In this document: positions 1 through 13,897 of the stretch, one piece after another
Layout: each line of letters begins with the position of its first letter
Numbering within the stretch: position 1 is the stretch's first letter
NCBI GenBank assembly: GCA_044892525.1
Contig: CM097885.1
Location: forward strand, 26,352,001 to 26,412,000
Reading direction: 5' to 3'
Length of the DNA: 60,000 bases
Source: Schmidtea polychroa
Lineage: Eukaryota
The notes under the pieces: model-generated
Told to the model about the DNA's origin: nothing
The model's input: only the letters and a program-made list of their open reading frames with translations
The model's database searches: none
Translations under genes and position numbers: made by a program

Positions 1-1828
1 CAATGGTAAAGAGCTTCTCTCAAATTTGGTCATAATTTTTTTATAATGATATTTAATGATGAAATTATTAGTATTTTTTAATGATATTTAAATTTTTATA
101 ATGATCTTAAGAGTAAAAATATTTTGAAATAAATATAAGGGGAAATCCCTCGCAAAAATTTGGTTTTTTGGTTTATCATCATGGATTTCAAGGGCCCAAA
201 TTTCTTTGTACAACATATACAACATACGAAATCATTCTCAGTACTAGAACACAAAATGAAACACCCTCGACAATGGTAAAGAGCTTCAAATCTCAGACAA
301 TCATAATTATCCATAGAAATAACAACAACTTTGAAATAGGTCTACGAAAGTGCGATATCTCAATTTATGTTTTCCCTGATGAAAATTTATTATGACATAA
401 TTCGAATAAAGCAAAAGAATTTCAAATTGATATCAATAATCACAGTTCACAATCATCAAAATACTCCGGTGAGAATGATCCTTCGTACTTTAAAATTGGG
501 ATAACAATAAGCAACCCATATCTTCATGGACAACAGAAGATATCTTAGAGTTTTATCTAGTCAAAGGGAAGATCTTGATATATACAAAATCCGAAATCAT
601 TCTCACTACTAGAACACAAAATAAATCACCCTCGACAATGGTAAAGAGCTTCAAACCTCAGACAATCATAAATATCCATAGAAATAACAAGTTTATAATA
701 GGTCTACAAAAGGGCGATATCTGGATTTATGATATTCCAGAAGGCATTTTTGTGAAGGTTTTCATCGGGAATTTCAAATTGATATCAATAATCAGATATA
801 AGGAATGGATGTTCTTAAGGCCTAAATGTATAGCCTTTTGAGTGATAAATAGAGCAACAAGGCTAGGGGAATAACATTGAACGTTACCGACTTAAAACAT
901 CAATCGTAATTTGATTGTTATCATAATAATTCGATGATTTCAATACCACAATCTCGAATAGTAAGTAATAATCATCAGTTATTTACAAAAAAATATATAA
1001 AATTAGCCCTAACTATTCTTGATGATAATAGGCATTGGGTAAATAAAAATGAAAGTTTAGCATATGGTCATTATGAAATAGTTAACATTTTTGTGAAGGT
1101 TTTCATGGGGAATTTCAAATTGATATATATCATTTTATTGTTTTATTATTATTATTATTCCAGCTGAATTATCTCTACGCCGGCTTTCTCTATAAGCTTC
1201 GGCATTTCCGTTTTTGGTTTATCATCATGGATTTCAAGGCCCCAAATTTCTTTGTACAACATATACAACATACGAAATAATTCTCACTACTAGAACATAA
1301 AATAAAGCACCCTCGACCATGGTAAAGAGCTTCATTGTCGATAAATATCCATAGAAATAACAACAAGTTTGAAATAGGTCTACAAAAGGGCGATATCTGG
1401 ATTTATGACTTACCAGAAAGCATTTTCGTGAAGGTTTTCCTCGGGAATTTCAAATTGATATCAATAATCACAGTTCACAATCAACAGGTTACACTTTCAT
1501 CTAAATCCTACGGTGAGAATGATTCTTCGTACTTAAATAATGGGATAACAATAAGGAACCCATATCTTCAGGGACAACAGAAGATATCTTAGAGTTTTAT
1601 CTAGTCAAATGGAAGATCTTGATATATACAACATACGAAATCATTCTCACTACTAGAGCACCCTCGACAATGGTAAAGAGCTTCAAACATCATACAATCA
1701 TAAATATCCATAGAAATAACAGCAAGTTTGAAATAGGTCTACAAAAGGGCGATATCTGGATTTATGATTTCCCAGAAGGCATTTTTGTGAAGGTTTTCAT
1801 CGGGAATTTCAAATTGATATCAATAATC

Positions 1829-2247
1829 AGATATAAGGAATGGGTGTTCTTAAGGCCTAAATGCTATAGCCTTTTGAGTGATAAAGAGAGCAACAAGGCT
1901 AAGGGAATAACATTGAAGGTTACCGACTTAAAACATCAATCGTAACTTGATTGTTATCATAATAATTCGATGATTTCAATACCACAATCTCGAATAGTAA
2001 GTAAAAATCATCAGTAATTTACAAAAAAATATATAAAATTAGCCCTAGGCATTGGGTAAATAAAAATGAAAGTTTAGCATATGGTCATTATGAAATAGTT
2101 AACACGGATATGGGTAATAGTAACAATGCTGAAGTTAATGATCCGGACGAAGATAATAATCAATATGTTAATCCACATTTCCCAAATGATGATTATGGCC
2201 ACTCACACTTTCCATATGAAAAGGAACATCAATATGTACTTGAATGA
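1829..2247 (+). pseudogene. Polinton pPolB C-terminal fragment (other copies at about 794-1085, 3512-3803, 4547-4984)
   Basis: RYKEWVFLRPKCYSLL..NKAKGITLK..IPQSRIVS.NHQLFT..KLALTNNDDNRHWVNKNESLAYGHY, colinear with the pPolB C-termini at 53140-53513 and 28143-28480. Confidence 0.85.
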
Positions 2248-2346
2248 ATTTTGAATTAAAATAAAATTTATTTAATATAATTATTGTTTTAGTTCTTACT
2301 TGTATCATTTGCATTTTATGTTGTTATTGTAAAGTATCCTTTAGAC

Positions 2347-2519
2347 CAGTGTTTCTCAAACTATGGGTCGCGATGACTTATGGAAAGATCTACAAATATA
2401 AATTTTGGAAGTTTAAGCCTTTTAAATTTATTTAATCTTTGTCATGTGGGTCGCAATAAAATTTTTGGCATGAAATGTCAAAAATTTGGGTCGTGATCAA
2501 AAAAGTTTGAGAACCACTG
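2347..2519. mobile_element. hAT-type MITE, 173 bp
   Basis: TIR cagtgtttctcaaact / agtttgagaaccactg (15/16); 8-bp TSD ctttagac at 2339-2346 and 2520-2527; empty site present in the second tandem unit (about 5076-5083). Confidence 0.95.
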
Positions 2520-5500
2520 CTTTAGACTATTTTATTGTGAAATAGTCAAAGTTTTTATTGTTGTGAACAATTTAGTTATTAAAAGGTTTTATCATTATTA
2601 TTATTATACAATTATTCAACAGATATCTTAGGTTTTTATCTAGTCAAATGGAAGATCTTGATATATACAACATCCGAAATCATTCTCACTACTAGAACAC
2701 AAAATAAAACACCTTCGACAATGGTAAAGAGCTTCTCTCAAATTTGGTCATAATTTTTTTATAATGATATTTAATGATGAAATTATTAGTATTTTTTAAT
2801 GATATTTAAATTTTTATAATGATCTTAAGAGTAAAAATATTTTGAAATAAATATAAGGGGAAATCCCTCGCAAAAATTTGGTTTTTTGGTTTATCATCAT
2901 GGATTTCAAGGGCCCAAATTTCTTTTTACAACATATACAACATACGAAATCATTCTCAGTACTAGAACACAAAATGAAACACCCTCGACAATGGTAAAGA
3001 GCTTCAAATCTCAGACAATCATAATTATCCATAGAAATAACAACAACTTTGAAATAGGTCTACGAAAGTGCGATATCTCAATTTATGTTTTCCCTGATGA
3101 AAATTTATTATGACATAATTCGAATAAAGCAAAAGAATTTCAAATTGATATCAATAATCACAGTTCACAATCATCAAAATACTCCGGTGAGAATGATCCT
3201 TCGTACTTTAAAATTGGGATAACAATAAGCAACCCATATCTTCATGGACAACAGAAGATATCTTAGAGTTTTATCTAGTCAAAGGGAAGATCTTGATATA
3301 TACAAAATCCGAAATCATTCTCACTACTAGAACACAAAATAAATCACCCTCGACAATGGTAAAGAGCTTCAAACCTCAGACAATCATAAATATCCATAGA
3401 AATAACAAGTTTATAATAGGTCTACAAAAGGGCGATATCTGGATTTATGATATTCCAGAAGGCATTTTTGTGAAGGTTTTCATCGGGAATTTCAAATTGA
3501 TATCAATAATCAGATATAAGGAATGGATGTTCTTAAGGCCTAAATGTATAGCCTTTTGAGTGATAAATAGAGCAACAAGGCTAGGGGAATAACATTGAAC
3601 GTTACCGACTTAAAACATCAATCGTAATTTGATTGTTATCATAATAATTCGATGATTTCAATACCACAATCTCGAATAGTAAGTAATAATCATCAGTTAT
3701 TTACAAAAAAATATATAAAATTAGCCCTAACTATTCTTGATGATAATAGGCATTGGGTAAATAAAAATGAAAGTTTAGCATATGGTCATTATGAAATAGT
3801 TAACATTTTTGTGAAGGTTTTCATGGGGAATTTCAAATTGATATATATCATTTTATTGTTTTATTATTATTATTATTCCAGCTGAATTATCTCTACGCCG
3901 GCTTTCTCTATAAGCTTCGGCATTTCCGTTTTTGGTTTATCATCATGGATTTCAAGGCCCCAAATTTCTTTGTACAACATATACAACATACGAAATAATT
4001 CTCACTACTAGAACATAAAATAAAGCACCCTCGACCATGGTAAAGAGCTTCATTGTCGATAAATATCCATAGAAATAACAACAAGTTTGAAATAGGTCTA
4101 CAAAAGGGCGATATCTGGATTTATGACTTACCAGAAAGCATTTTCGTGAAGGTTTTCCTCGGGAATTTCAAATTGATATCAATAATCACAGTTCACAATC
4201 AACAGGTTACACTTTCATCTAAATCCTACGGTGAGAATGATTCTTCGTACTTAAATAATGGGATAACAATAAGGAACCCATATCTTCAGGGACAACAGAA
4301 GATATCTTAGAGTTTTATCTAGTCAAATGGAAGATCTTGATATATACAACATACGAAATCATTCTCACTACTAGAGCACCCTCGACAATGGTAAAGAGCT
4401 TCAAACATCATACAATCATAAATATCCATAGAAATAACAGCAAGTTTGAAATAGGTCTACAAAAGGGCGATATCTGGATTTATGATTTCCCAGAAGGCAT
4501 TTTTGTGAAGGTTTTCATCGGGAATTTCAAATTGATATCAATAATCAGATATAAGGAATAGGTGTTCTTAAGGCCTAAATGCTATAGCATTTTGAGTGAC
4601 AAAGAGAGCAACAAGGCTAAGGGAATAACATTGAAGGTTACCGACTTAAAACATCAATCGTAACTTGATTGTTATCATAATAATTCGATGATTTCAATAC
4701 CACAATCTCGAATAGTAAGTAAAAATCATCAGTTATTTACAAAAAAATATATAAAATTAGCCCTAACTAATAATGATGATAATAGGCATTGGGTAAATAA
4801 AAATGAAAGTTTAGCATATGGTCATTATGAAATAGTTAACACGGATATGGGTAATAGTAACAATGCTGAAGTTAATGATCCGGACGAAGATAATAATCAA
4901 TATGTTAATCCACATTTCCCAAATGATGATTATGGCCACTCACACTTTCCATATGAAAGGGAACATCAATATGTACTTGAATGAATTTTGAATTAAAATA
5001 AAATTTATTTAATATAATTATTGTTTGAGTTCTTACTTGTATCATTTGCATTTTATGTTGTTATTGTAAAGTATCCTTTAGACTATTTTATTGTGAAATA
5101 GTCAAAGTTTTTATTGTTGTGAACAATTTAGTTATTAAAAGGTTTTATCATTATTATTATACAATTATTCAACAGATATCTTAGAGTTTTATCTAGTCAA
5201 AGGGAAGATCATGATATATACAACATCCGAAATCAAAAAACACAAAATGAAACACCTTCGACAATGGTAAAGAGCTTCAAACCTCAGACAATCATAAATA
5301 TCCATAGAAATAACAACAAGTTTGAAATAGGTCTACGAAAGTGCGAAGAAGTCATTAAAAAGGAAGTCATCTCCTCCGGTGAGATAGATCCTTCGTACTT
5401 TAAAGTTGCGAAATCAATAAGGAACATAAATCTTCATGGACAACAGAAGATATCTTAGAGTTTTATCTAGTCAAAGGAGAGATCTTGATATATAAAAAAT

Positions 5501-5766
5501 ACGAAATCATTCTCACTACTAGAACATAAAATAAAGCACCCTCGACAATGGTAAAGAGCTTCAAACATCAGACAATCATAAATATCCATAGAAATAACAA
5601 CAAGTTTGTGAAAGTTTTCATCGGGAATTTCAAATTGATATCAATAATAACAGTTCACAATCATTATGTTACACTTTCATCTATATCCTCCGGTGAGAAT
5701 GATCCTTCGTACTTTAAAATTGGGATAACAATAAGGAACCCATATCTTCAGGGACAACAGAGGATA

Positions 5767-6019
5767 CAGGGTGGGCCAAAAGTAACGCTCTATTTTATTT
5801 ATAATAAATTTTTTAATCTTAATCCCATTTTTTAAAATTAATCCCATATTCTAATAGCACGTGTTTCATATTTTTTCCATGCCAATCCTTAGCACTTTAG
5901 AAAGAACCAAACTGATAGAAATGTATTATTCTAACGGAAAGTCGATTATTCTGACTCAAAGATCGTTTGCTAAATATTTTAATGTATCAAAATATCCTTC
6001 AAGATTTGTATCATTTTAA
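5767..6019 (+). mobile_element. 5' fragment of a Tc1/mariner-superfamily transposon (DUF4817-type HTH N-terminus)
   Basis: TA followed by cagggtgggccaaaagtaac TIR-like end; ATG 5879 gives MPILSTLERTKLIEMYYSNGKSIILTQRSFAKYFNVSKYPSRF; truncated. Confidence 0.75.
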
Positions 6020-6309
6020 TTTGTATCAAAGAACACAAAATAAAGCACCCTCGACAATGGTAAAGAGCTTCAAACCTCAGACAATCATAAATATCCATAG
6101 AAATAACAACAAGTTTTAAATAGGTCTACGAAAGGGCGATATCTGGATTTATGATTTCCCTGATGAAAATTTATTATCACATAATTCGAATAAAGCATAA
6201 GAATTTTAAAAAAGTAAAGATCAAAATATAGAAAAAAATAAATAGTAATGACTGAATAAACTTTTTTCATTTGTGGAAGAAAAAAGATTTAGAATAGGAA
6301 GCAGAAAAA

Positions 6310-7775
6310 TATTATCGGAGCGTGAAAGAATAATTTCGATCCAAATTATTAATACAGGACATACATTTATTCAACAGCATGAGAAACGGTCACATCAACC
6401 AATTAGATTAAGATAAAATTATTTTAAACTTAACTTAAATTGGTAAACCAATAGCAATTCGATATTTTGATACAGGATACAGAAAATGTTTTTTTAAGTG
6501 ATAACTGATCAAATTACTTTGCATAAATTAAACAATTGTTTCTAAAGCAGTATATGAATAAATGGCATACGATCCTAATAATATCAATGAACTGAATATT
6601 TACAACTATTTCATTTGCACAATATATAATTGCTAAATTTATATGAAAACACACAGACTTTGTCAATGAAATGCTTCCAACCGAATATATGCAGTGTGAA
6701 CAATTTTGGAAACATTCCATTGCTTGAGATGCTCGTAGAGCCACCGATTGATATCAATGATGACATAATGACAATTTTTGATTGGCTATAACTAGAATAA
6801 ATTTTATCATTTTATTTTCAACAATCATCCGCTTCATTACCAATGGCAATTAGCTTCATAGATGGCTATATGAAAAAAAGTGTTTGAAAAAACAATTTGC
6901 ATTTTCCAATAAAAGTACCCGGGTATTATATTTAGATTATCAGATCCGTTATACTCAAGGAATCTAGATTAAGTAATTGGGAAATTCAAGGAGTGAAACA
7001 AAGTGAAATCATATCAAGAATGGATATTCCTCAGTACCAAATGTTATAGTTTGCAAATACTAATAATGTAAACAGACCAAAAGGTTTATCATTGAAGGAA
7101 ACTGGAATACAATAAAATACCACATATTACGTGATAAATGAACCTGTAAATCGATGATATCATGACAAGTAGTCCTAAACAAGAGCTCATTTGCTATTAA
7201 CATATAAAATATATCATTTATTTATAGGTACAAATGATATATGAATGCTAGTAAACACTCCATCATATAAGCAATATTGAGAAAGCATTAGATGATGCCA
7301 TAAATGGTGACAAAACGTACAATTATAATAACTAGAAAATATTCACATCAAGAAATTGCAATATTACATAATGTAATGATTGCAAAGGTTAAATGTTATC
7401 ACGTTTTGTTGAATATTGTTATTAATGAATAAATATAATATTTAGGAATACTGTAAATTGTAAATATTTTTTGGATTTAATTAATAATGAAATATAAACT
7501 TACGTTGACATCATTTATTTTCTTATTATTTTATTTATTTTATTATTAGTTTTATATGACTTTTCTTTAAATAAAACCAGTTGATTGGGTTCGAATAAAC
7601 ACGTGTCATTTCTAAATTAATCGTCATATTTTTAGCGATTTATGCTTTTAAAATGTAAAATCAATAAAGTCCATTGCTTGGATTATCATCGTAATAGATA
7701 ATTTCGACTGAATTCCAAAAATCTAAATATATTTATATGTAAATTAAGATTCCCATTAAAAATTATTACTTTTTT
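6310..7775 (+). repeat. Diverged dispersed copy of the 55380-60000 block (ankyrin-repeat fragment plus pPolB C-terminal remnant)
   Basis: Shared colinear stretches e.g. cggtcacatcaaccaattagatta, agaccaaaaggtttatcattgaagg, aaaccagttgattgggttcgaataaacacgtgtc; 6945-7110 reads DPLYSRNLD.VIGKFK..YQEWIFL..KCYSL. Confidence 0.85.
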
Positions 7776-8244
7776 CGATAATACTGGATAAACATAACAA
7801 AAATATATTATGAAAATCATTTGATTTTAAATCGAGCAAAGCATTTTATGATACATAATAAAATTCACAATATTCAAACAATATTTATATTAGAAATTTT
7901 ACTAATTATATATTATATTACTAAATAAAGTAATATTTAAGTTTTAAATTAAATGTTGATTTAAGATTTTTTTTAATTAAACACTATTAATATAAAAAGT
8001 TTTGAAAAACAAAAGTTTAAAATTATTTTAATATTTTTAAAATAGGTAAAGAAAAAAAACGAATTAAAATAATTAAACTAATTTCAAAAATGATATGTAA
8101 ATGAAATATAAATTGTGAATAAATCTCTATTACAGTTGTTTCCATGTGGTTTGCAATGCGATTCATTAGATGTTAGAAGTTCGATGATCTTGAGATCGCA
8201 TATAATACCTGATGCTCTGCCTAAACTTCTCGATTTACTTAATA

Positions 8245-8806
8245 CAGAGCTCCGCAACCTTTTCTCACCCACTGCACACCTAAAGACTTAAAAAAATTTC
8301 GCGGGATACCAAAAACAAAAATTTTTAAAAATTTACGTGATAAGAAATGCACAATCAGAAAATGTATTTTTTTTTATTTGATAAATTTATTATCGCCGTT
8401 AACAACTATTTTTTATTTATAACTATAACTAATATGAACAATCACCTGTGCTTGTTTTAAGAAACATAATAGTTTTATATTGGGCTCAATATTTGAAAGA
8501 TCAACTCGAAGTATTTATATTTACATCATAAAAATTTATTGTTCTCAAAAATAAATTTCTCTAACATTTCTTGTATTTATTGTTCAGGCTGTAAAACTTG
8601 GTAGCACAATATAAGACAATAAATTTAAATGTGAACAACCTGAAATGTAATTTTTTAAAACCATGTTTATTGACCGAATATTTTGTCAACAACGCAATTA
8701 TTTGTAAACAAGATAGATATAAGCATAACGCACGTGTCCGTCATAAACCCTATATATTTTTTCTCGTGTAGGCATTGCGCCGCGGCACACCGGTTGCGGA
8801 GCTATG
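8245..8806. mobile_element. Probable non-autonomous hAT-like element
   Basis: TIR cagagctccgcaacc / ggttgcggagctatg (14/15); the 8-bp flanks do not match, so no TSD is confirmed. Confidence 0.55.
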
Positions 8807-8989
8807 CTCTAGAGTTTGCTTATTTCTTTCTTATTTTCAAAATTTCTAGTCATCAAAAACTTTACTTATTTATTTTTATGATTACTGATTTAATCGTTTT
8901 TTAAAAATCAAATAAATTCAATAAAGAAATTGTTGAACATAAAAATTTTTAAATATTCAAATAGTGGTAGACTTCCTTCCAGGAGTGCT

Positions 8990-10956
8990 TCATTATTTCA
9001 ATTAATTAAGGTTCAAATAAGTTAAGGTCCAAAATTTAAAAAAAAAGTAAATTATGGGTTAATTAAGAAAATTAAGGTTCAAAATTAAAAATTAAAGTAA
9101 ATGATGGGTCTAAAAATAAAATTTAAGTAATCAATGGTTCAAATAAGTGAATTAAGGTCAAAAATTTTAAATTAAAGTTAAATAAGTAAATTAAAGTAAT
9201 AATTTTTAAATAAGTTAAGTAATGTAATAAGTAAATTAAAGTAAGATTTTTAAAATTATTAACAAAATGTTAGAATAATAGTCGGTGATTGAGAATTGAA
9301 AATTTTAAATGAAAATTTTTATGAAATATTTATCAATGTTAATTTTAGATGGAAATTTTTATGTATTATTTTTCAATGGTAATTTTAGATGCAAATCATT
9401 GTCAATTAATCACTATATACAATTATTTGTTGAATATGTAAATAAGGGTTATATTTAGTTGTTAAGTAAATTATTGGTGTAAAATGTTAAATTAAGTTAT
9501 ACAAGGATAAATAGGTAAATTAAGAATAATTAAGTAAATTAGGTTCAAAATTTTAAATTAAAGTTAAATAAGTAAATTAAAGTAATTTAATAAGTAATTA
9601 AAGTAAGATTTTTAAATTTATTTACAAAAGTTAGAATAATAGTCAGAGTTTGAGAAATAAAAATTTTGAGTGAAAGTTTTTAATGAAATAATTTTTAAAG
9701 TCAAATTTTAATGGATTAAATTTTAATGAAAAATTTAATCGAATATTTTTTTAAGATAATTTTTAATAAAATTTTTAATGGAATATTTTTAAGTTAAATT
9801 TTTAATAGAAATTTTTATGGAATATTTTCCAAAGACAAATTTAGATGCAAATTTCAATAATAATAAAAATAATAGTAATAATAATTTTATTAATATTAAT
9901 ATAATATTAAAATTAATAAAAAATAATTATATTAATAATAATAATAATAATATAAAAATAATAATAAAAATAATTATAATAATTATAATATTAGGGATAG
10001 GCCTGCAGCCTGAAAGTTAAAATAATAAAAACAATAGAAAATTACGATATTTGGAAATAGGATAAACAAAAATAATAAATAATTACTTAAAATAAAATAT
10101 GGGTTTAATTTAAATACTATAAATAAATATAATCTATAATTAGTAACAACTAGTGTTACTAATACTATATATAGTAATTATAAAATTACTAATAATATAA
10201 TAAATAATTATAATATAATATAAATACGGGTTCGAAACGAGAACCAGGGACGAAAAATTTGACTAGAAATTTAGGACGCAAATATTGCAAACGAAAACAA
10301 ATTCACCACGAAAACTAAAAATAGTAAAACGAGGAGAAACGTGACAACATATTAGTTCAACGAAACTAATTAATTTATATCAAAAGATTGAATCTAGATT
10401 TCAATCAGTGTGGAAAGAAAATTGAATCGAACAGATTATATAAAAGGAAATTATTCATTGTAGCGGCAGGAGATTTTCAAGAAACAATAGCAGTGAGAGG
10501 AATCACGTTTTGAGAATTTACAATCAATTTACTTCAGAGGTAAAGAATTTTGAAGGATAAATTATTATCCTTGAGTAGTTAAATCAAGCGAATACAAAGT
10601 AGTGTTAACTTACTTTAGTATTTCTTAGGTGCGCCAAAATAAATTACCACTTACTTACCCAACTCTTTCGTCGACTTTGCGATCGTTGTGCTACACAGAA
10701 GCCATCGATCTCTTCCAGGCTGAGATAAACAGCAGGGATTAACAAATCCATTGTCTTGTATTTTTATCTCGACACATAGTTGTAAATTATTATTTGTAAA
10801 TAAAAGTTTTGTAAAGAGAAAGGAGTTTGTTTTTAATTTGTCATTCTATTTAATTTAAATACGCGCAACCACATTAAATATATTATATTTATACCTATTT
10901 TTAATTATTGGAGTCATAGTGTTGAGATCGGTAACCCCCACTTTTCGATCTTAACA
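8990..10956 (+). mobile_element. 5' LTR of Gypsy element X (3' end firm, 5' boundary uncertain)
   Basis: Ends ...cgatcttaaca directly before the PBS; A-rich degenerate repeats upstream; no matching TG start or second LTR found. Confidence 0.55.
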
Positions 10957-10959
10957 TTT

Positions 10960-10977
10960 TGGTGAGCCCGACGTGAT
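10960..10977 (+). promoter_or_regulatory. Primer-binding site, tRNA-Trp type
   Basis: tggtgagcccgacgtgat, one mismatch to the canonical Trp PBS tggtgaccccgacgtgat, 3 nt after the LTR CA. Confidence 0.85.
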
Positions 10978-11094
10978 ATAATTTACGGGGGGAATAGGAA
11001 TTTTATTTATAAAAGACAAACCCCTTTTTGAATCATTGAGTTAAGAAATGGGAGAGTAATAAATTTTAGACCAGGTAATAGAAACTAACAAATA

Positions 11095-13142
11095 ATGGCA
11101 GATATAAATAATTTACAAAATCTAAATGAGAATAATTTACAAAATAATAATATGCCTGTAGCTCAACCACCAGCGGTAGATTTTATGAGATATCCAACAA
11201 TTCCGATTAAACCATTTGGTGGAAACCCAGGGGAGTTTCCAGAATTTATGTCCGAATATTTCCAGTTAGCCAGAGCATTAGGATTCCCGGAACCGATAAT
11301 GATTTTGAGATTACCTTTATATTTAAAAGGGATGATGCGGGAAATATATAACGATGTTATAATAGCCGAGCATCCAGTTGAATGGAATGTATTGCGATTA
11401 GCGTTACAAAACAGAATACTACCGGGGATGCAACTAGAGTGCTGAGACAACAGTTTTATAATAGGCGTCAAAATTCGGATGAGCATGTTGGGGAATTTTC
11501 ATATCAAATAATGATGTTGGCAGGGAGAGCATTTGGTAATAGGGCAGCCTGGAATGATGCAACTAGAGCATTAGTGAAAGATCAGTTTTGGTCAGGGTTA
11601 TCGTCAGCAATGAGAAATGCACTCCGTTTGCACATAGGGGATAATTTAGAGGAATTAACTCGTAAAGCGTGTTTAATTGAAAGTAGCATTGAAAAGTCAA
11701 ATAATTTTACAATTAGTAGCAATTAGTCAGACATTGAGTGTTTTAATTGTCATAAAAAGGGACATATGTCAAAAGATTGTAAAAGTAGGAATAATTCTCC
11801 AGGGGACAAATTATGTACCAAGTGTGGGAGAAATAATTATGTGGCATCAAACTGTAGAATTTCGGACCTAAATTGTGAGAAATGCAAGCGCAAGTGACAT
11901 GTAGCGTCAGTTTGTAAGGTTAGTTTTGGGGGGAATAATTCAAATAATAACAATAATATAAATAGAAGCCCCGATAGGAATTTTCAAGGCAATAATAATA
12001 ATAACTTTCAGAGTAGAAATAATAATTTTAATAATAATATTAAAAGGGATGAAGTATATTCGGGGAGGGGGGTAAAATTAAATGTCATAAGTGTGGAAAA
12101 TTTGGTCATATTATGCGTTCATGTCCACAAAATCAGTTAACAAAGAACAATGGTAGTAGTAACAATGGTAATAATCGATCAAAGCAGACAACGTTTGACG
12201 TGAATTCAGATCATAAATTAACTTATTTGCAGCAGCTTTAATTAGAAATTCAAGAAGAGAGAAACAGGTTAGCAAGGCTAACAACAAATGAAACTGATGT
12301 GTACGACGAAAATGAAGCTGTTTATTTGACGTCAGCTAAAAAGAGGCGAAATAAAAATAATTATGTAGAACTTGAAGTGTTGATGCTTCAAGAAAGTCCA
12401 CAGGAGGACATAAAGGAAAAGACTGTGGTTATAGAACCAGAGGTCTGTGAGGGTTTACAGGTTTCACCCAGGAAAAATCTAGTGGCTATGGCAATGGAGT
12501 CAGAAGCCAACACAGAAATAGAAGGTTTCCCGGTTTCACCAGTTAAAAATCGTAAGGCTATGGACATGGATCCAATAGCTAATATAATAGTTCCAACAGA
12601 AATTTTTCAAAAAAGATGGGCTTCGGTCAGTGAGCCGGAAGTTCTTATAGCCACATCATCCATGCGAGGTGAGTATTTTAGTGAACCCATAAAGGTTAGA
12701 GAAGCATCGAAAGAGGAAGGAAATCCCATCGATGACTGTAGAAAGGTTTTATTACGCAAGAGCGTATGGCAAAGAGAAGTGAGACAAAAATTAGAAAATA
12801 TTCGTTTAAACCCGGTTAAATGAGAATGAGGTTGACAAATTAATAGATATCATATCAGAGTTAGACAGAAATGAGGAATATCACCCAGAATTGAGAGAAA
12901 TTCTAAGAAATATTGGCTTAAATTGGAAACAAAGGGAGAATCTGGAGGATTCTAAAATTTTTGTATCTCTCCCAAAGGGTTGTTTTCGTAGATATACAAT
13001 TAACCCAAGTGAAAAAGTAGAAGCATTGGCAAAGAGAGTTTCTGAGTTAAAACCTCGATTCAGATGCAAATTATACTTATTGGGAGAAAGATTAATAGAG
13101 GGAGAAACCCTGTTAGATTGTGGTATACTACGGTTGGGCTAG
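11095..13142 (+). pseudogene. gag: Gypsy gag (frameshifted) with four CCHC-type knuckles, an acidic spacer and a ubiquitin-like domain
   Basis: PFGGNPGEFPEFMSEY..LPLYLKG..; RRQNSDEHVGEF; CFNCHKKGHMSKDC, CTKCGRNNYVASNC, CEKCKRK*HVASVC, CHKCGKFGHIMRSC; KIFVSLPKG..INPSEKVEALAKRV..LYLLGERLIEGETLLDCGI. Confidence 0.85.
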
Positions 13143-13897
13143 AACCGAGAATCGAGAGCTTGTTTTAATGAATCAAAAATATGTAACATAAAAATCGCAC
13201 CAAGTTAAATTAAAACATCAATCAATACAAATTAAAGTACATAACACATTGATGATAAATAAGATCCAGGTGGTAGAATGGAGGAACGAAAATAAAGGTC
13301 GCAATCACTAACACAATTAGGAGAAACATCACATTCGGAATAGCTAACAACTAAGAAATAGAATAATAATAAATAAATTAATGAGTAATAGATTAATTAA
13401 TAATATGAAAAATTTCTAAATAAATAAATTTAAAATTTAAAATAAATTATCTAGTAAACTGGTAAAATGATAAAAAATAGAATAAAAGTAGTAAAATTAG
13501 ATAAATTATAAAATTTATAAAACCAAATTGTTTAAATCAATGAAACTAAAGTAAAATTAACTGAACTTATTTAAATTATAAAACTTGTAAAACTAAATAA
13601 ATTAGCAAAAACTATTTAAATTATAGAATTTATAAAGATAAATCTTAAAAATTAAGAAAAATTAGAATTTTGATTAATTAAATTAAAAAATAAACAATTA
13701 CACACATTCATGCATGCATGCAAAAAATTAATCAGAATTGCCTCGCATTCTTATTGGATATAGTAGCAGAGAATGCGTAGGCGTATAATTCAATCAGTAT
13801 AAATACTGAGTGAAATTTCATTTTTCGCACAACCCCTAATGTATTTAAAAATTTAAAATGACACACCCCTAAGTAACCAACACTACCAGGGAAATAT

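Larger units (their letters stand above)
1..5270 (+). repeat. Tandem segmental duplication, period 2718 bp (unit 1 = 1-2718, unit 2 from 2719), itself built of shorter shuffled sub-repeats that continue to about 6200
   Basis: caatggtaaagagcttctctcaaatttgg at 1 and 2719; ORF track repeats with offset 2718 (96/2814, 168/2886, 575/3293, 934/3652, 1335/4053, 1619/4337). Confidence 0.97.

Noticed and set aside
96..314. Cys-rich minus-strand ORF as a zinc finger
   Set aside because: No recognisable spacing; antisense of the repeated module and broken in other copies
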